NCBI GenBank assembly: GCA_965202665.1
Contig: OZ241841.1
Location: forward strand, 1,504,001 to 1,568,000
Direction: 5' to 3'
DNA length: 64,000 nucleotides
From: Candidatus Spongiisociaceae bacterium
GTDB taxonomy: Bacteria > Actinomycetota > Acidimicrobiia > Spongiisociales > Spongiisociaceae
Part shown: positions 38,773 through 49,100 of the stretch, in pieces
Layout: every line of letters starts with the position of its first letter
How positions within the stretch are numbered: the first letter of the stretch is position 1
Position numbers and translations under genes: made by a program
Notes under the pieces: model-generated
Database searches by the model: none
Seen by the model: only the letters and a program-made list of their open reading frames with translations
What the model was told of the DNA's origin: nothing

Positions 38773-41124
38773 TTGGGTTCTACAACCAACCCGCACATCC
38801 GGGCCTGGCGCGCCCTCATCGGTTTAGCGGCGGCGACGCTGGCCGCGGCCCTGTTGCTGGGCATTGCTCCGGGCGCTCAGACGCAGGAAGGAGGAATTAC
38901 TCCCCCTCCCACTCCCGCATGCACCTCGGGCATCAGGCTGTCCGCCACGCCCGCCACCCTGTCCGAGGGGGCTTCCACCGTCTCCATTGTCATCACCGCC
39001 GGTTGGGTAAGCGGGACCGACACCACAGACCGGGCCGTAACATATACCATAGCCTTTCCCTCCGGGGTCACCACCTCCCCTACCACCCTCACCGGGACTG
39101 TGACTATCCCGATGAGCATGAGCAGTTCCTCCGCCGTTACCCACGCCACCCTCACCCTGACCGGCTTGGACAACACCGTGATAGATTCCGCTCGCAATGT
39201 AACCATCAGCGGGTCGGTGGCTGGCACTTCCATCAACGTCTGTGATGCTCTTATACCCATTACCGACAACGACAATACGGTAACTTTGGCCCTCAGCTCC
39301 GGCGGATCCGCTTTGTCGGAGGTAGATGAGGGGTCTTCCACGCAGGTAACGGTTACCGCTTCTTTGCCCTCGGGAACCACCGCTCCCACTTCCAACACCG
39401 ATTTGACTATCGCCGTGGGCGGGGATGCGAGTGATACCGCCGCGTCGGGGACGGATTTCACCGCGGTGACTGATTTTAATTTGCGCATTCCCGCCAACAT
39501 GTTGAGCGGAACGGCCAACTTCACCCTGGCTTCCCTCAACACGATTCCGTTTAGGGGCTCGAAGAGTTTGACCGTGTCCGGTTCATCTACCGGGTTCGTC
39601 GTTAACGGAGCGCAGTTGACTATTAACGATCAGACGACGGTGACTTTGTCGCTGCGTTCGGGGGGGTCCGCTTTGTCGTCGGTGGTGGAAGGTTCCACCA
39701 CTCAGGTTGCAGTTAGGGCTTCTTTGCCGTCGGGCGCCACCGTTTCCACCTCCGCCTCCGATTTGACTATTACGGTGGGCGGGGTTGCGGGTGATACCGC
39801 CGCGTCGGGGACGGATTTCACCGCCGTGACTCCTTTTACTTTGACTATTCCCGCTAACGCCTCGAGCGGAACGGCCAACTTCACCCTGGTTTCCGCCAAC
39901 ACTATTCCCACCGGGAGTTCGAAGAGGCTGACCGTGTCCAGTTCCACTACTGGAATTGACGTCACCGACGCCCAGTTGACTATCACCGCCCGTCCGGAAA
40001 CTCCTACCGAACCCACCGGACCCACCGAAACCGTTCCCCCCTCCCCCCCGCCTCCGCCTCCGTCTTCGTCCTCGTCTACCCGCAGGCCGCCGTCGCCCTC
40101 GTTGGATGAGGCGCAAACTTCCCTCACCCTGGCGGACACCTTGCCCGACTGGTCGGCCTGTCTGGGCCCGGCTAGGCGGTCTACCCGCTTTACCGACGTG
40201 GCGGACTGGGACGCCGACCCCGCCATTCGTTGCGCAACCTATTACCGGATCACCGTCGGCCGCACCCCCACGTTGTTCGCCCCCACCGAGGAGGTGCCCC
40301 GCTGGCAGATGGCCCTGTTCATGTACCGGGCGTTGGGACCGGCGGGAGTGGATACGCCGGCGGAGTCCGATCAGGGTTTCACCGACCTCGGCGGTTTGTC
40401 GGAGGAGGCCCGGAGCGCCGCCAACATGGTGGCCCAACTGGGGATCATGCCCGGTGCGGGGGAAGGGCGGTTTGACCCGCAGGGCCTGGTTTCCCGCCGT
40501 TCCATGGCCCTCATACTGCACGGTTTCATGCAAGCCGCCGTACTCCAAACGGGGGTGACGCTGGGAGGCGACTCGGCCGCCACCGGATTCACCGACCTGG
40601 CCGGGTTGTCGACGGCGGAGCGGCGGGCGGTGGGAAGCCTGTACGCCTTGGGCGTGGTTCGGGGGGCCGTCGCCGGTACGTTCGCCCCCGATGATACGGT
40701 CACCCGGGTGCAGATGGTGCGGGTGATCGCCCGGGCCTTGGCCTACACCATCGTCCGGCCGGCCGGGGTAAGCATGCAGGCCGACCGGGACACCGCCGTC
40801 GAACGGGCCGTGGATCTGGTGATTTCGGTGCGGGATGCGGACTTCCTGCCGATGCCGGGGGCCCGGGTGGATATCTTTTTCGCCCGCGACGCCGGGGATG
40901 CGTTCACAGACGCCGGACGTTGCGTGACCGGCCTGTTGTCCCCGTTGGCCGGTACGCAGGTTTGCCAAGTGGACCGGGGCGATCCGGCCGTCGGCCCGGT
41001 AGGGGATTTGCGGATGAGGATCACGGGGATCATCTCCGGTCAGCGGGTATGGGCGTGGAGCGGGACGGAGGGCGCCCGGGTAACCGACCTGGTCCGCTTC
41101 GCCCGCCTGATGTTCGTTCTGTAA
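38773..41124 (+). CDS. Secreted S-layer homology (SLH) domain protein with Calx-beta/Ig-like repeats
   Basis: Signal peptide, Ser/Thr-rich beta repeats, Pro linker and three FTD...F-P...R--MA SLH-like repeats. Confidence 0.8.
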   Translation: MGSTTNPHIRAWRALIGLAAATLAAALLLGIAPGAQTQEGGITPPPTPACTSGIRLSATPATLSEGASTVSIVITAGWVSGTDTTDRAVTYTIAFPSGVTTSPTTLTGTVTIPMSMSSSSAVTHATLTLTGLDNTVIDSARNVTISGSVAGTSINVCDALIPITDNDNTVTLALSSGGSALSEVDEGSSTQVTVTASLPSGTTAPTSNTDLTIAVGGDASDTAASGTDFTAVTDFNLRIPANMLSGTANFTLASLNTIPFRGSKSLTVSGSSTGFVVNGAQLTINDQTTVTLSLRSGGSALSSVVEGSTTQVAVRASLPSGATVSTSASDLTITVGGVAGDTAASGTDFTAVTPFTLTIPANASSGTANFTLVSANTIPTGSSKRLTVSSSTTGIDVTDAQLTITARPETPTEPTGPTETVPPSPPPPPPSSSSSTRRPPSPSLDEAQTSLTLADTLPDWSACLGPARRSTRFTDVADWDADPAIRCATYYRITVGRTPTLFAPTEEVPRWQMALFMYRALGPAGVDTPAESDQGFTDLGGLSEEARSAANMVAQLGIMPGAGEGRFDPQGLVSRRSMALILHGFMQAAVLQTGVTLGGDSAATGFTDLAGLSTAERRAVGSLYALGVVRGAVAGTFAPDDTVTRVQMVRVIARALAYTIVRPAGVSMQADRDTAVERAVDLVISVRDADFLPMPGARVDIFFARDAGDAFTDAGRCVTGLLSPLAGTQVCQVDRGDPAVGPVGDLRMRITGIISGQRVWAWSGTEGARVTDLVRFARLMFVL
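39277..39985 (+). repeat. Two tandem 360-bp (120-aa) intragenic repeats
   Basis: Units start at 39277 and 39637 (ACGGTRACTTTG) and share GATACCGCCGCGTCGGGGACGGATTTCACCGC. Confidence 0.85.
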
Positions 41125-41165
41125 CCGGGCCGGGCGGGGAAAAGGATTCGGCTAAACTGAGCCGG

Positions 41166-42083
41166 GTGGAAACCGACCGCCGACCGATTGATTACATCGC
41201 CCTGACCCGGGAGACCTACCATCTGCTGGGTTACCAGCCGTACCGATGGGCCCGCAACGAGGAGCCGCCGCCGCTGGCCCCGCTCCGCAAACCCCTGTCG
41301 GAATCCAAGCTGGGCCTTATCGCCTCCGGGGGGGTGTACCGGCATGGGCAGGTGGCTTTCACCCACCGCGACGACCTAACCCACCGGGAGGTGCCCGTCG
41401 ACGTGGACACATCCGAGTTGCGGGTTACCCATTTCGCCTTCGACCAGTCCAACGCCCGTTCCGATCCGAATGTCATTTTCCCGATCGACGGGTTGCGGGC
41501 CCTGGTCGCGGAAGGAACGATCGGGGGACTGACTTCGCACGCCCTGACTTTTATGGGCGGCATCTATTCGCAACGGCGCCTGCGGGAGCAGCTGATTCCC
41601 AAGCTGGCGGAGCGCGTCTTGCAGTTGGGGGCCGACGCGGTTTTGCTGGTTCCGGTGTGACCGGTGTGCCATCAGTCAGTTGGGCTGATCTGTCGTGAAA
41701 TTGAAGCCCGGGGGATACCCTCCCTGTCCATGACCAGCGCCTGGTCCATCACCGCCTCCGTCAATCCTCCCCGGGCCGCCTTCAACGATTTTCCGCTGGG
41801 ACACACCTGCGGTCCGCCCGGTCAACCGGCCCGCCAGGTCGCCATTCTGCGCCAAGCCCTGTCGGCGCTGGAGAAGATCGACCGGCCGGGGATGATCGTG
41901 GATTTGGAACAGAGGTGGGATGCGCCGTGGAAGGAGGAGGCCCGCCGCCCCGTCGACCACCGCACCCCCCGCTACGACACCCCCCAATATCAGAACCAGG
42001 CCGACGAGCGGGCGGCGGCGGCCGCCCACGGCCGGGAGGCGGCCTGCGGGGCCTGTCCCGTCCCGGCGGCGGCGCAGGCGTAG
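41166..42083 (+). CDS. Glycine/sarcosine/betaine/D-proline reductase selenoprotein B family protein, Sec at UGA 41658-41660
   Basis: Two in-frame ORFs joined by TGA give LLVPV-U-PVCHQSVGL; family motifs D-N-IFPID and PPRA...FPLG. Confidence 0.85.
41671..41689 (+). promoter_or_regulatory. Putative bacterial SECIS element
   Basis: ATCAGTC-AGTTG-GGCTGAT hairpin; the apical loop starts 17 nt after UGA with G-U at loop positions 2-3. Confidence 0.65.
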
Positions 42084-42093
42084 GAGGGAGGCC

Positions 42094-42351
42094 GTGGCGG
42101 AGATCAAAATGTACACCGCCGACTGGTGCGGCTGGTGCCGCCGGGCGAAGCGGTTGCTGGCCCAGCACGGTTACGAAACCATCACCGAGGTGAACATCGA
42201 CGAATGGGATCCCGACCGGGGGAAACTGAAAGGCCTGACCGGCCAGGAAACCATTCCCCAGATTTTCATAGGGGAACGCTACGTGGGCGGTTATCCGGAG
42301 CTGGTGGACCTGATCAGGCGGAACGGACTCCACCCCCTCGCCCAGGCCTGA
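42094..42351 (+). CDS. Glutaredoxin
   Basis: CGWC, TIPQIFIG and GGY; AGGAGG RBS. Confidence 0.9.
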   Translation: MAEIKMYTADWCGWCRRAKRLLAQHGYETITEVNIDEWDPDRGKLKGLTGQETIPQIFIGERYVGGYPELVDLIRRNGLHPLAQA

Positions 42352-42518
42352 CCGCCCCCGTCGTTCCGCCCTGCCGATTTTTCTCCGCGGCCCGGCCGCC
42401 CGATTGCCGGGCGGGCTAAAATGACTCTCCGCGTTTGGGGACTCTCCGGATTTAAGGGGGCCCCTTCCCCGACTTGGAATAATACCGACCATCGCGTCAG
42501 CCCCCGGAGGTGGGTTCC

Positions 42519-42923
42519 ATGGCCTCAATTGACAACATCGCCAACATGGGCAAAGACGAAGCCCGCGTTCTGCGCAAGAACGGAATCCGCACCACCTCCG
42601 TGCTGTTGCAACGGGCCGGCGACCGCTCCGGCCGCCGGCGCCTGGCCCGGGAAACCGGACTGTCCGGATCCGACCTGCTGGATTGGGCGCACCGGGCCGA
42701 CCTGATGCGCCTCCGGGAGCTGGGCCCTATTTATGCGGAACTGCTGGGCCGTTCCGGGGTGCGCACCCTCCGCGAACTGAGGCGCCGCAACCCGGCGGTG
42801 TTGCGGGCCATGATGTCCCAAGTCAACGAGCGGGACCGCCTGACGCAGCGCCTGCCGACCGAAAAGGCGGTGGAAGGCTGGGTGTTGGACGCCGCCGTCA
42901 CCGACCCGCTGGTGGCCAGCTGA
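42519..42923 (+). CDS. DUF4332 domain protein
   Basis: GIRTT..LL, W...ADLMR, YAELL...GV.TL.EL.RRN and RLP...V..W pattern. Confidence 0.8.
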   Translation: MASIDNIANMGKDEARVLRKNGIRTTSVLLQRAGDRSGRRRLARETGLSGSDLLDWAHRADLMRLRELGPIYAELLGRSGVRTLRELRRRNPAVLRAMMSQVNERDRLTQRLPTEKAVEGWVLDAAVTDPLVAS

Positions 42924-43039
42924 TTCCCCCGTTCCGGCTATGGGCGGAGGCTTGGTCCGCGTTGCCTTATTCCGCGGGGTTCCATCCTGTTAGGGTTTCT
43001 ACCCCATAAGGGCAACCGGATCGAAAACGGAGACGCAAC

Positions 43040-44053
43040 TTGATCATCGTGATGAAACCCGACGCCACCGAAGCGGATGTTAAAAAGGTGGTGGAGCGCT
43101 TAGCCGGAATCGGTTCGGAGGCGCACGTGTCCAACGGCCAGTTCCGGACGGTGATCGGGGCCATCGGCGACCGGGATCTGATCCAGGAGATTCCATGGGC
43201 GGCGGTGGAGGGGGTGGAACGGGCGGTGCCCGTGCTCAAATCTTACAAGTTCGTTTCCCGGGAGTTCCAACCGGCCGACACGGTGATCCGGGTGCGAAAC
43301 GCCCAGATCGGGGGGGGAGTGTTCGCCCCCATCGCCGGGCCGTGCGCGGTGGAAAGCCGCGACCAGTTGTTCCGCACGGCGGAGGCGGTGCGCAACGCCG
43401 GGGCGTCCATCCTGCGGGGGGACGCCTTCAAACCCCGCACCAGCCCCTACTCTTTTCAGGGTTTGGGCGAAGAGGGCCTGCGGTTGCTGGCCGAAGCCCG
43501 CGACCAGTTCGATATGCCGTTCGTGGCCGAGGTGCTCGATCCCCGCGATGTGGAAATGATCGCCGGATACGCCGACATTCTGCGCATCGGCACCCGCAAC
43601 ATGGCCAACTTCACCCTGCTGTCGGAGGTGGGGCGGGTGCACCGGCCGGTTCTGCTGAAACGGGGTTTCACCGCCACCCTGGACGAATGGTTGAACGCCG
43701 CCGAATACATCTACAAGGAGGGCAACCACGAAGTGATAATGGTGGAGCGGGGCATCCGCACTTTTGAGCAGGCCACCCGCAACACTTTGGATATTTCGGC
43801 GGTGCCCGCCCTTAAGTCGCTGTCGCACCTGCCGGTTATCGTCGACCCGTCCCATTCCTCCGGGATCCGCCACCTGGTTTCCCCGTTGGCCCGGGCCGCC
43901 ATCGCGGTGGGGGCGGACGGGTTTATCGTGGATGTTCATCCCACCCCGGAAACCGCCCTGGTGGACGGGGCCCAGGCCCTGTTGCCGGAGGATTTTGCGG
44001 AGTTGATGGAGCAGATGCGGGCTTTGGCCGGGGCGTTGTCGGTGACCATCTGA
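43040..44053 (+). CDS. aroF: 3-deoxy-7-phosphoheptulonate (DAHP) synthase, type I-beta
   Basis: [28 protein letters not shown] and VDPSH. Confidence 0.95.
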   Translation: MIIVMKPDATEADVKKVVERLAGIGSEAHVSNGQFRTVIGAIGDRDLIQEIPWAAVEGVERAVPVLKSYKFVSREFQPADTVIRVRNAQIGGGVFAPIAGPCAVESRDQLFRTAEAVRNAGASILRGDAFKPRTSPYSFQGLGEEGLRLLAEARDQFDMPFVAEVLDPRDVEMIAGYADILRIGTRNMANFTLLSEVGRVHRPVLLKRGFTATLDEWLNAAEYIYKEGNHEVIMVERGIRTFEQATRNTLDISAVPALKSLSHLPVIVDPSHSSGIRHLVSPLARAAIAVGADGFIVDVHPTPETALVDGAQALLPEDFAELMEQMRALAGALSVTI

Positions 44054-44058
44054 CGGAG

Positions 44059-45075
44059 ATGGGTCATGTCGCCATTTTCGGCGCCGGCCTGATCGGAACT
44101 TCGCTGGGGATGGCCCTGCGCCGCAACGGGGCGGCGGTGCGGGGGTGGGATCCGAATCGGGAGACGGCGGAGCGGGCCGCCCGCCGCGGGGCCTTCGATC
44201 AGGTGTGCGACGATCAACGGCAGGCGGCGCTCTCCGCGGAGACGGTGGTCCTGGCCGGGCCGTTGCGGGCCACGGTGGAAACCTTGGGCGAGTTGCAAAC
44301 CGACGGCTTGGTGACCGATGTGGCCGGGGTGAAGACCCCGGTGGTGGAGGCCCGCCCGCCGGGGATGCGATTGGTGGCGGGACATCCGATGGCGGGCCGG
44401 GAGCGTTCCGGACCGGAAGCCGCCACCCCCGCCCTGTTCCGGGGGTCGGCCTGGATTTTGTGCACGGACGGGGCGGAACCGGAGGATTTGCAGGCCGCCC
44501 GTCGGTTGGCGGAGTCGGTGGGGGCGGTTCCGGTGACGATGACCGCCGCCGAACACGACCGGGTGGCGGCCGGCATTTCCCATCTCCCGCAGATGCTGGC
44601 CGCGGCCCTGGTCAATCAGGCGGCGCGCAACCCGGGGGCGATGCGGCTGGTCTCCGGCTCTTTTCGGGATCTGACGCGGGTGGCCGACTCGGAGTCGGAG
44701 TGGTGGCCGGAGGTGCTGGCCGCCAACGCCCGTTACGTGGAGGAGGCCATCGACGGCCTGACCGCCGCCTTGCGCGCCATGCGCCGGGAGGCTTCGGCGG
44801 ATCCGGAGGCTTTGGCCGCCCGTTTCTCCTCCGCCCGGGAACGGCGCCGGGGCATGGCCCCCCCGGAAGTGCGGGTGGGGGTGGTGCTGGCCGACCAGCC
44901 GGGGGAGGTGGCCCGGGTGGGGCGGGCTTTGGAGAAGAGCCGGGTGGACGTGCGGGATCTGCAACTGCGCCACGCTTTGCACGGCGGCGGGGGGGTGCTG
45001 GCCATTTCGGTGCGGGACGGGGAGGCGGCCGCCCTGCGCTCGGCTTTGGCCGAAGAGGGCTTCGCCTTGGAGTAG
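44059..45075 (+). CDS. tyrA: Prephenate dehydrogenase with ACT domain
   Basis: GAGLIG, GHPMAG, HD...SHLP, FRDLTR and DQPG (ACT). Confidence 0.92.
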   Translation: MGHVAIFGAGLIGTSLGMALRRNGAAVRGWDPNRETAERAARRGAFDQVCDDQRQAALSAETVVLAGPLRATVETLGELQTDGLVTDVAGVKTPVVEARPPGMRLVAGHPMAGRERSGPEAATPALFRGSAWILCTDGAEPEDLQAARRLAESVGAVPVTMTAAEHDRVAAGISHLPQMLAAALVNQAARNPGAMRLVSGSFRDLTRVADSESEWWPEVLAANARYVEEAIDGLTAALRAMRREASADPEALAARFSSARERRRGMAPPEVRVGVVLADQPGEVARVGRALEKSRVDVRDLQLRHALHGGGGVLAISVRDGEAAALRSALAEEGFALE

Positions 45076-45103
45076 CCGCCGCCCCGTCCATCGGGGACGG
45101 GTT

Positions 45104-45137
45104 TGCATTATTATTCAAGATGATGCATAATATTGCC
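45104..45137 (+). promoter_or_regulatory. Tandem ARG boxes (ArgR operator)
   Basis: TGCATTATTATTCA and TGCATAATATTGCC directly upstream of argR-argG-argH. Confidence 0.8.
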
Positions 45138-45602
45138 ATGCCGGGGATGTCCTCCCGCCGCCGGGCGTTGCGTTCCATTTTGGCCCAAAAGTCCGTTTTC
45201 ACCCACCGGGATTTGGTCCCGTTGCTGGCCGAAATCGGCCACCATGTGACGCAAGCCACCGTTTCCCGGGACCTGCGGGCCATCGGGGCGGTGAAAAGGG
45301 CCGCCGGGGAGGGACGCTCCCGCTACGCCCTGCCCGACGCGGAAGCGGCGGACGTCCCCCGTCCCGCCCCCGGCCGGGCGCTGGACGAGTATGCGGAAAC
45401 CATCGCCGTCAGCGGTAACCTGGTGGTGGTGACCACCCCGCCCGGGGCCGCCCATGTGGTGGCCCGGGCCATCGACGCCGCCGGGTTGCCGGGGGCGCTG
45501 GGAACGGTGGCCGGCGACGACACCGTCCTGATCGTGGCCGACGAGCAAACCGGAGGCCGGGCGGTGGCCGGCCTGTTGGAAAAACTGGGAGATGAAATAT
45601 GA
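45138..45602 (+). CDS. argR: Arginine repressor
   Basis: [10 protein letters not shown] and GTVAGDDT. Confidence 0.95.
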   Translation: MPGMSSRRRALRSILAQKSVFTHRDLVPLLAEIGHHVTQATVSRDLRAIGAVKRAAGEGRSRYALPDAEAADVPRPAPGRALDEYAETIAVSGNLVVVTTPPGAAHVVARAIDAAGLPGALGTVAGDDTVLIVADEQTGGRAVAGLLEKLGDEI

Positions 45603-46795
45603 AGGTGGCGCTGGCCTATTCCGGCGGACTGGACACGTCGGTGATCCTCAAATGGCTGGTGGAGGAGCGGGGATGCGAGGTGCTCTGTTACACGGCCGAT
45701 GTGGGGCAGGGCGAAGAGGCGGGCGAGGCGGTGGACAAAGCCCGGGCCACCGGCGCCGCGGAGGCGGTAGCCGAGGATCTGCGGGCCGAGTTCACCGAGG
45801 AATACGTGTGGGCCGCCATTCGGGCCAACGCCGTCTACGAGGACTACTACCTGCTGGGCACCTCCCTGGCCCGCCCGGTGATCGCCAAAGGCCTGGTGCG
45901 GGCCGCGCGGCGGTTCGGGGCCGACGCCATCTCCCATGGGGCCACCGGCAAAGGCAACGACCAGGTTCGGTTCGAATTGTCCGCCTACGCCCTCAACCCC
46001 GACATCAAAGTGATCGCCCCTTGGAGGGAATGGACGATGGGGGGGCGGGCCGATTTGGAGGCCTACGCCGCCAAATACGACATTCCGGTGCCCACCACCC
46101 CCGACAAGCCCTATTCCACCGACGCCAACCTGTTGCACATCTCCTACGAAGGGGGGGTGTTGGAGGACCCGTGGGCCCCCCCGCCCCCCGGAATGTTCGC
46201 CATGACCCGGGACCCGCAGGACGCCCCCGATCAGCCGCAGGAGGTGGTCATCGCCTTCCACGAAGGCAACCCGGCGGCGGTGGACGGGGAAGAGATGGCC
46301 CCCGCCGACCTGCTGGACCGTTGCAACCGGATCGCCGGGGCGCACGGGGTGGGTCGGACGGACATCGTGGAAAACCGGTTCGTGGGGTTGAAGAGCCGGG
46401 GGGTGTACGAGACGCCGGGCGGGACCATCCTCCATCACGCCCACCGGGCGGTGGAATCCATCACCATGGACCGGGAGGTTCGCCATCTGCGGGACGGCTT
46501 GTCCCTCCGCTATGCGGAGATGGTCTACAACGGGTTCTGGTTTTCCCCGGAACGGGAAGCCCTGCAAGGGATGTTCGACGAGATGCAGCGGCCGGTCACC
46601 GGGGAGGCGCGGCTGGTCCTCTACAAGGGCGGGGCGGCGGTTGCCGGGCGCCGGGCGGAAGGGGCCCTCTACGACCAGGAGTTGGTCAGTTTCGAGGCGG
46701 GCGGCTCCTACGACCAGGCGGACGCCGCCGGGTTCATCCGTCTCAACGCCCTGCGGTTGCGCACCCTGGCCCGGCGTTTGTCCGGGCCGGGTTAG
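45599..46795 (+). CDS. argG: Argininosuccinate synthase
   Basis: [24 protein letters not shown] and [10 protein letters not shown]. Confidence 0.97.
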   Translation: MKVALAYSGGLDTSVILKWLVEERGCEVLCYTADVGQGEEAGEAVDKARATGAAEAVAEDLRAEFTEEYVWAAIRANAVYEDYYLLGTSLARPVIAKGLVRAARRFGADAISHGATGKGNDQVRFELSAYALNPDIKVIAPWREWTMGGRADLEAYAAKYDIPVPTTPDKPYSTDANLLHISYEGGVLEDPWAPPPPGMFAMTRDPQDAPDQPQEVVIAFHEGNPAAVDGEEMAPADLLDRCNRIAGAHGVGRTDIVENRFVGLKSRGVYETPGGTILHHAHRAVESITMDREVRHLRDGLSLRYAEMVYNGFWFSPEREALQGMFDEMQRPVTGEARLVLYKGGAAVAGRRAEGALYDQELVSFEAGGSYDQADAAGFIRLNALRLRTLARRLSGPG

Positions 46796-46806
46796 GCGGC
46801 GGGGCG

Positions 46807-48159
46807 ATGACCCTGTGGGGAGGCCGCTTTGCGGAGGGGCCCGACGACGCGCTGTGGCAGTTCACGGTGGACCGGGCCGACCGGCGGCTCCTGTCCGATG
46901 ACGTCCGGGGGTCGCTGGCCCACGCCCAAATGCTGGGCGAAGCCGGCTTGCTGGACGCCGCCGAAGCGGCCGCCGTGCGGGAAGGTTTGCAGGCCGTTTT
47001 AGCCGAGGCGGAGGCGGGGGAGTTCCAATTTACGGAAGAGGACGAGGACGTCCATTCGGCCGTGGAACGGCGGCTGGGGGAGTTGATCGGGGAGACGGCG
47101 GGCAAACTGCATACCGGCCGTTCTCGCAACGACCAGGTGGCTTTGGACCTGCGGCTCTATCTGCGCCGGGCGGCGGACCGGCAGGCGGAGCGGCTGGCCG
47201 ATTTCATCCGGGCGGCGGCGGACAAGGCCGAAGAAGCGGGGGAGACGGTGGTGGCCGGCTACACCCACCTGCAGCAGGGGCAGGCGGTTCCGTTGGCGCA
47301 TCATCTGCTGGCATACGCCTGGATGGCGGTGCGGGACCGGGAACGGTTTCTGGAAGCCCGGGCCCGCATCGACGTTTCCCCGTTGGGGGCGGGGGCTTTG
47401 GGGGGGAGCGGCCTGCCTTTGGACCCGGCCCGCACCGCCCGCCTGCTGGACATGGGGGCGGCTTTCGACAACTCCATGGATGCGGTTGCCGGCCGGGATT
47501 TCGCGGCCGAATACGGGTTCGCCTGCGCCCAGGCTTTGGTTCACCTGTCCCGTTTGGCGGAAGAATGCGTGCTGTGGGCCTCCTCCGAATTCGGCTGGGT
47601 TACCTTCCCCGATTCGCTGACCACCGGTTCTTCGGCCTTGCCCCACAAGAAGAACCCGGATATCGCCGAGTTGACCCGGGCCCGCTCGGCCGGGGCCATC
47701 GGGTACGCCACCGCCCTGCTGTCCTTGCAGAAAGGGTTGCCCCTCGCCTACAACCGGGACCTGCAGGAGGACAAACGGCTGGTGATGGCCGCCGACGACC
47801 TGCTGGCCGGGGCCTTGCCGGCCATGACCGCCCTGCTGGCCGGGGCCGAATTTCATCCCCCCCGCCCCGACTCTTGGGTGACCGCTCTGGATTTGGCCGA
47901 GGTTTTGGTTGAGCGGGGGGTTCCCTTCCGGGAAGCCCACCGGGCGGTGGGCCGTTTGGTGGCCGCCCTGCTGGACGGAGGCCGGGACCTGTCGCAGGCG
48001 GAGCCCTCCGACTTGACCGCCGCCCACCCCGATTTCCGGGAGTCGGATTTGGCCCGGACGGACCCGTCCGCTTCCCCCGCCCGCCGCCCCGCCCCCGGGG
48101 CCGCCTCCCCCGACTCGGTGCGGGGGCAACTGAAAACACTCCGCGGTCTGGGCTTTTAG
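46807..48159 (+). CDS. argH: Argininosuccinate lyase
   Basis: LWGGRF, LHTGRSRNDQ, GYTHLQ, GSSALPHKKNPD and YNRDLQEDK. Confidence 0.96.
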   Translation: MTLWGGRFAEGPDDALWQFTVDRADRRLLSDDVRGSLAHAQMLGEAGLLDAAEAAAVREGLQAVLAEAEAGEFQFTEEDEDVHSAVERRLGELIGETAGKLHTGRSRNDQVALDLRLYLRRAADRQAERLADFIRAAADKAEEAGETVVAGYTHLQQGQAVPLAHHLLAYAWMAVRDRERFLEARARIDVSPLGAGALGGSGLPLDPARTARLLDMGAAFDNSMDAVAGRDFAAEYGFACAQALVHLSRLAEECVLWASSEFGWVTFPDSLTTGSSALPHKKNPDIAELTRARSAGAIGYATALLSLQKGLPLAYNRDLQEDKRLVMAADDLLAGALPAMTALLAGAEFHPPRPDSWVTALDLAEVLVERGVPFREAHRAVGRLVAALLDGGRDLSQAEPSDLTAAHPDFRESDLARTDPSASPARRPAPGAASPDSVRGQLKTLRGLGF

Positions 48160-48223
48160 CCCGCCGCCCCTTTGCCTTCCCCGGCGGGCTAAAATGGGGG
48201 GCGAACCGGAGGAGGAGATGAAT

Positions 48224-49084
48224 ATGGAAAAACGCACAGTGGAAGTGCTGGGTTTGGAGATGGCCTACGCGGAGGCCGGGGAGGGCGACCCGATCGTGTT
48301 TCTGCACGGCAACCCCACCTCCTCCTACCTGTGGCGCAACATCATCCCCTACGCGGAGGGGATGGGCCGGTGCATCGCCCCCGACCTGATCGGAATGGGG
48401 GACTCGGGCAAACTGGCCGTCTCCGGCCCCGACGCCTACACCTTCTCCCAGCATCGGGAATACCTGGATTTGATGCTGGACAGGCTGGGGGTCAGCGGCT
48501 CCGTGACTTTCGTAGTCCACGACTGGGGTTCGGCCCTCGGCTTCGACTGGGCGGTCCGCAACCCGGATGCGGTGAAAGGGGTCGCCTATATGGAGGCGAT
48601 TGTGACCCCGGTCACCTGGGATGACTGGCCGGAGGTGGCCCGCGGCATCTTCCAGGCCCTGCGTTCGCCGGCGGGGGAGGAGATGGTGTTGAAAAAGAAC
48701 GTGTTCGTGGAGCGCATCCTGCCCGCCTCCATCCTCCGCAAATTCACCGAGGAGGAAATGGAGGAATACCGGCGGCCGTTCACCGAACCGGGGGAGGGGC
48801 GCCGTCCCACCCTCACTTGGCCCCGCCAGATACCGATTGAGGGCCAGCCGGCCGATGTGCACGAGGTGGTGGAGCGTTATTCGGCCAAGTTGGCGGAATG
48901 GGATCTGCCCAAACTGTTCGTGAACGCCGACCCGGGTTCCATCCTGGTGGGCCGTCCCCGGCGGGTGTGCCGCGAATGGCCCAACCAAACCGAGGTGACG
49001 GTGCCCGGCGTTCATTTCATTCAGGAAGACTCCGCCGATATGATCGGACAGGCCCTGGCCGACTGGTATCAGGGGCTGCCCTGA
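48224..49084 (+). CDS. Haloalkane dehalogenase (LinB/DhaA-type)
   Basis: LHGNPTSSYLWRN, VHDWGS, YMEA, WPRQIP and HFIQEDS. Confidence 0.93.
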   Translation: MEKRTVEVLGLEMAYAEAGEGDPIVFLHGNPTSSYLWRNIIPYAEGMGRCIAPDLIGMGDSGKLAVSGPDAYTFSQHREYLDLMLDRLGVSGSVTFVVHDWGSALGFDWAVRNPDAVKGVAYMEAIVTPVTWDDWPEVARGIFQALRSPAGEEMVLKKNVFVERILPASILRKFTEEEMEEYRRPFTEPGEGRRPTLTWPRQIPIEGQPADVHEVVERYSAKLAEWDLPKLFVNADPGSILVGRPRRVCREWPNQTEVTVPGVHFIQEDSADMIGQALADWYQGLP

Positions 49085-49100
49085 CCGGGAGGCGGGGCCG

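Noticed and set aside
41664-42083. Separate 139-aa gene listed in the ORF track
   Set aside because: Better explained as the post-UGA half of the selenoprotein; it has no RBS of its own.
48154-48193. REP/MITE-like inverted repeat after argH
   Set aside because: A single hairpin (TTTTAGCCCGCCG/CGGCGGGCTAAAA) overlapping a -10-like TAAAAT; no full second copy was seen in the window.
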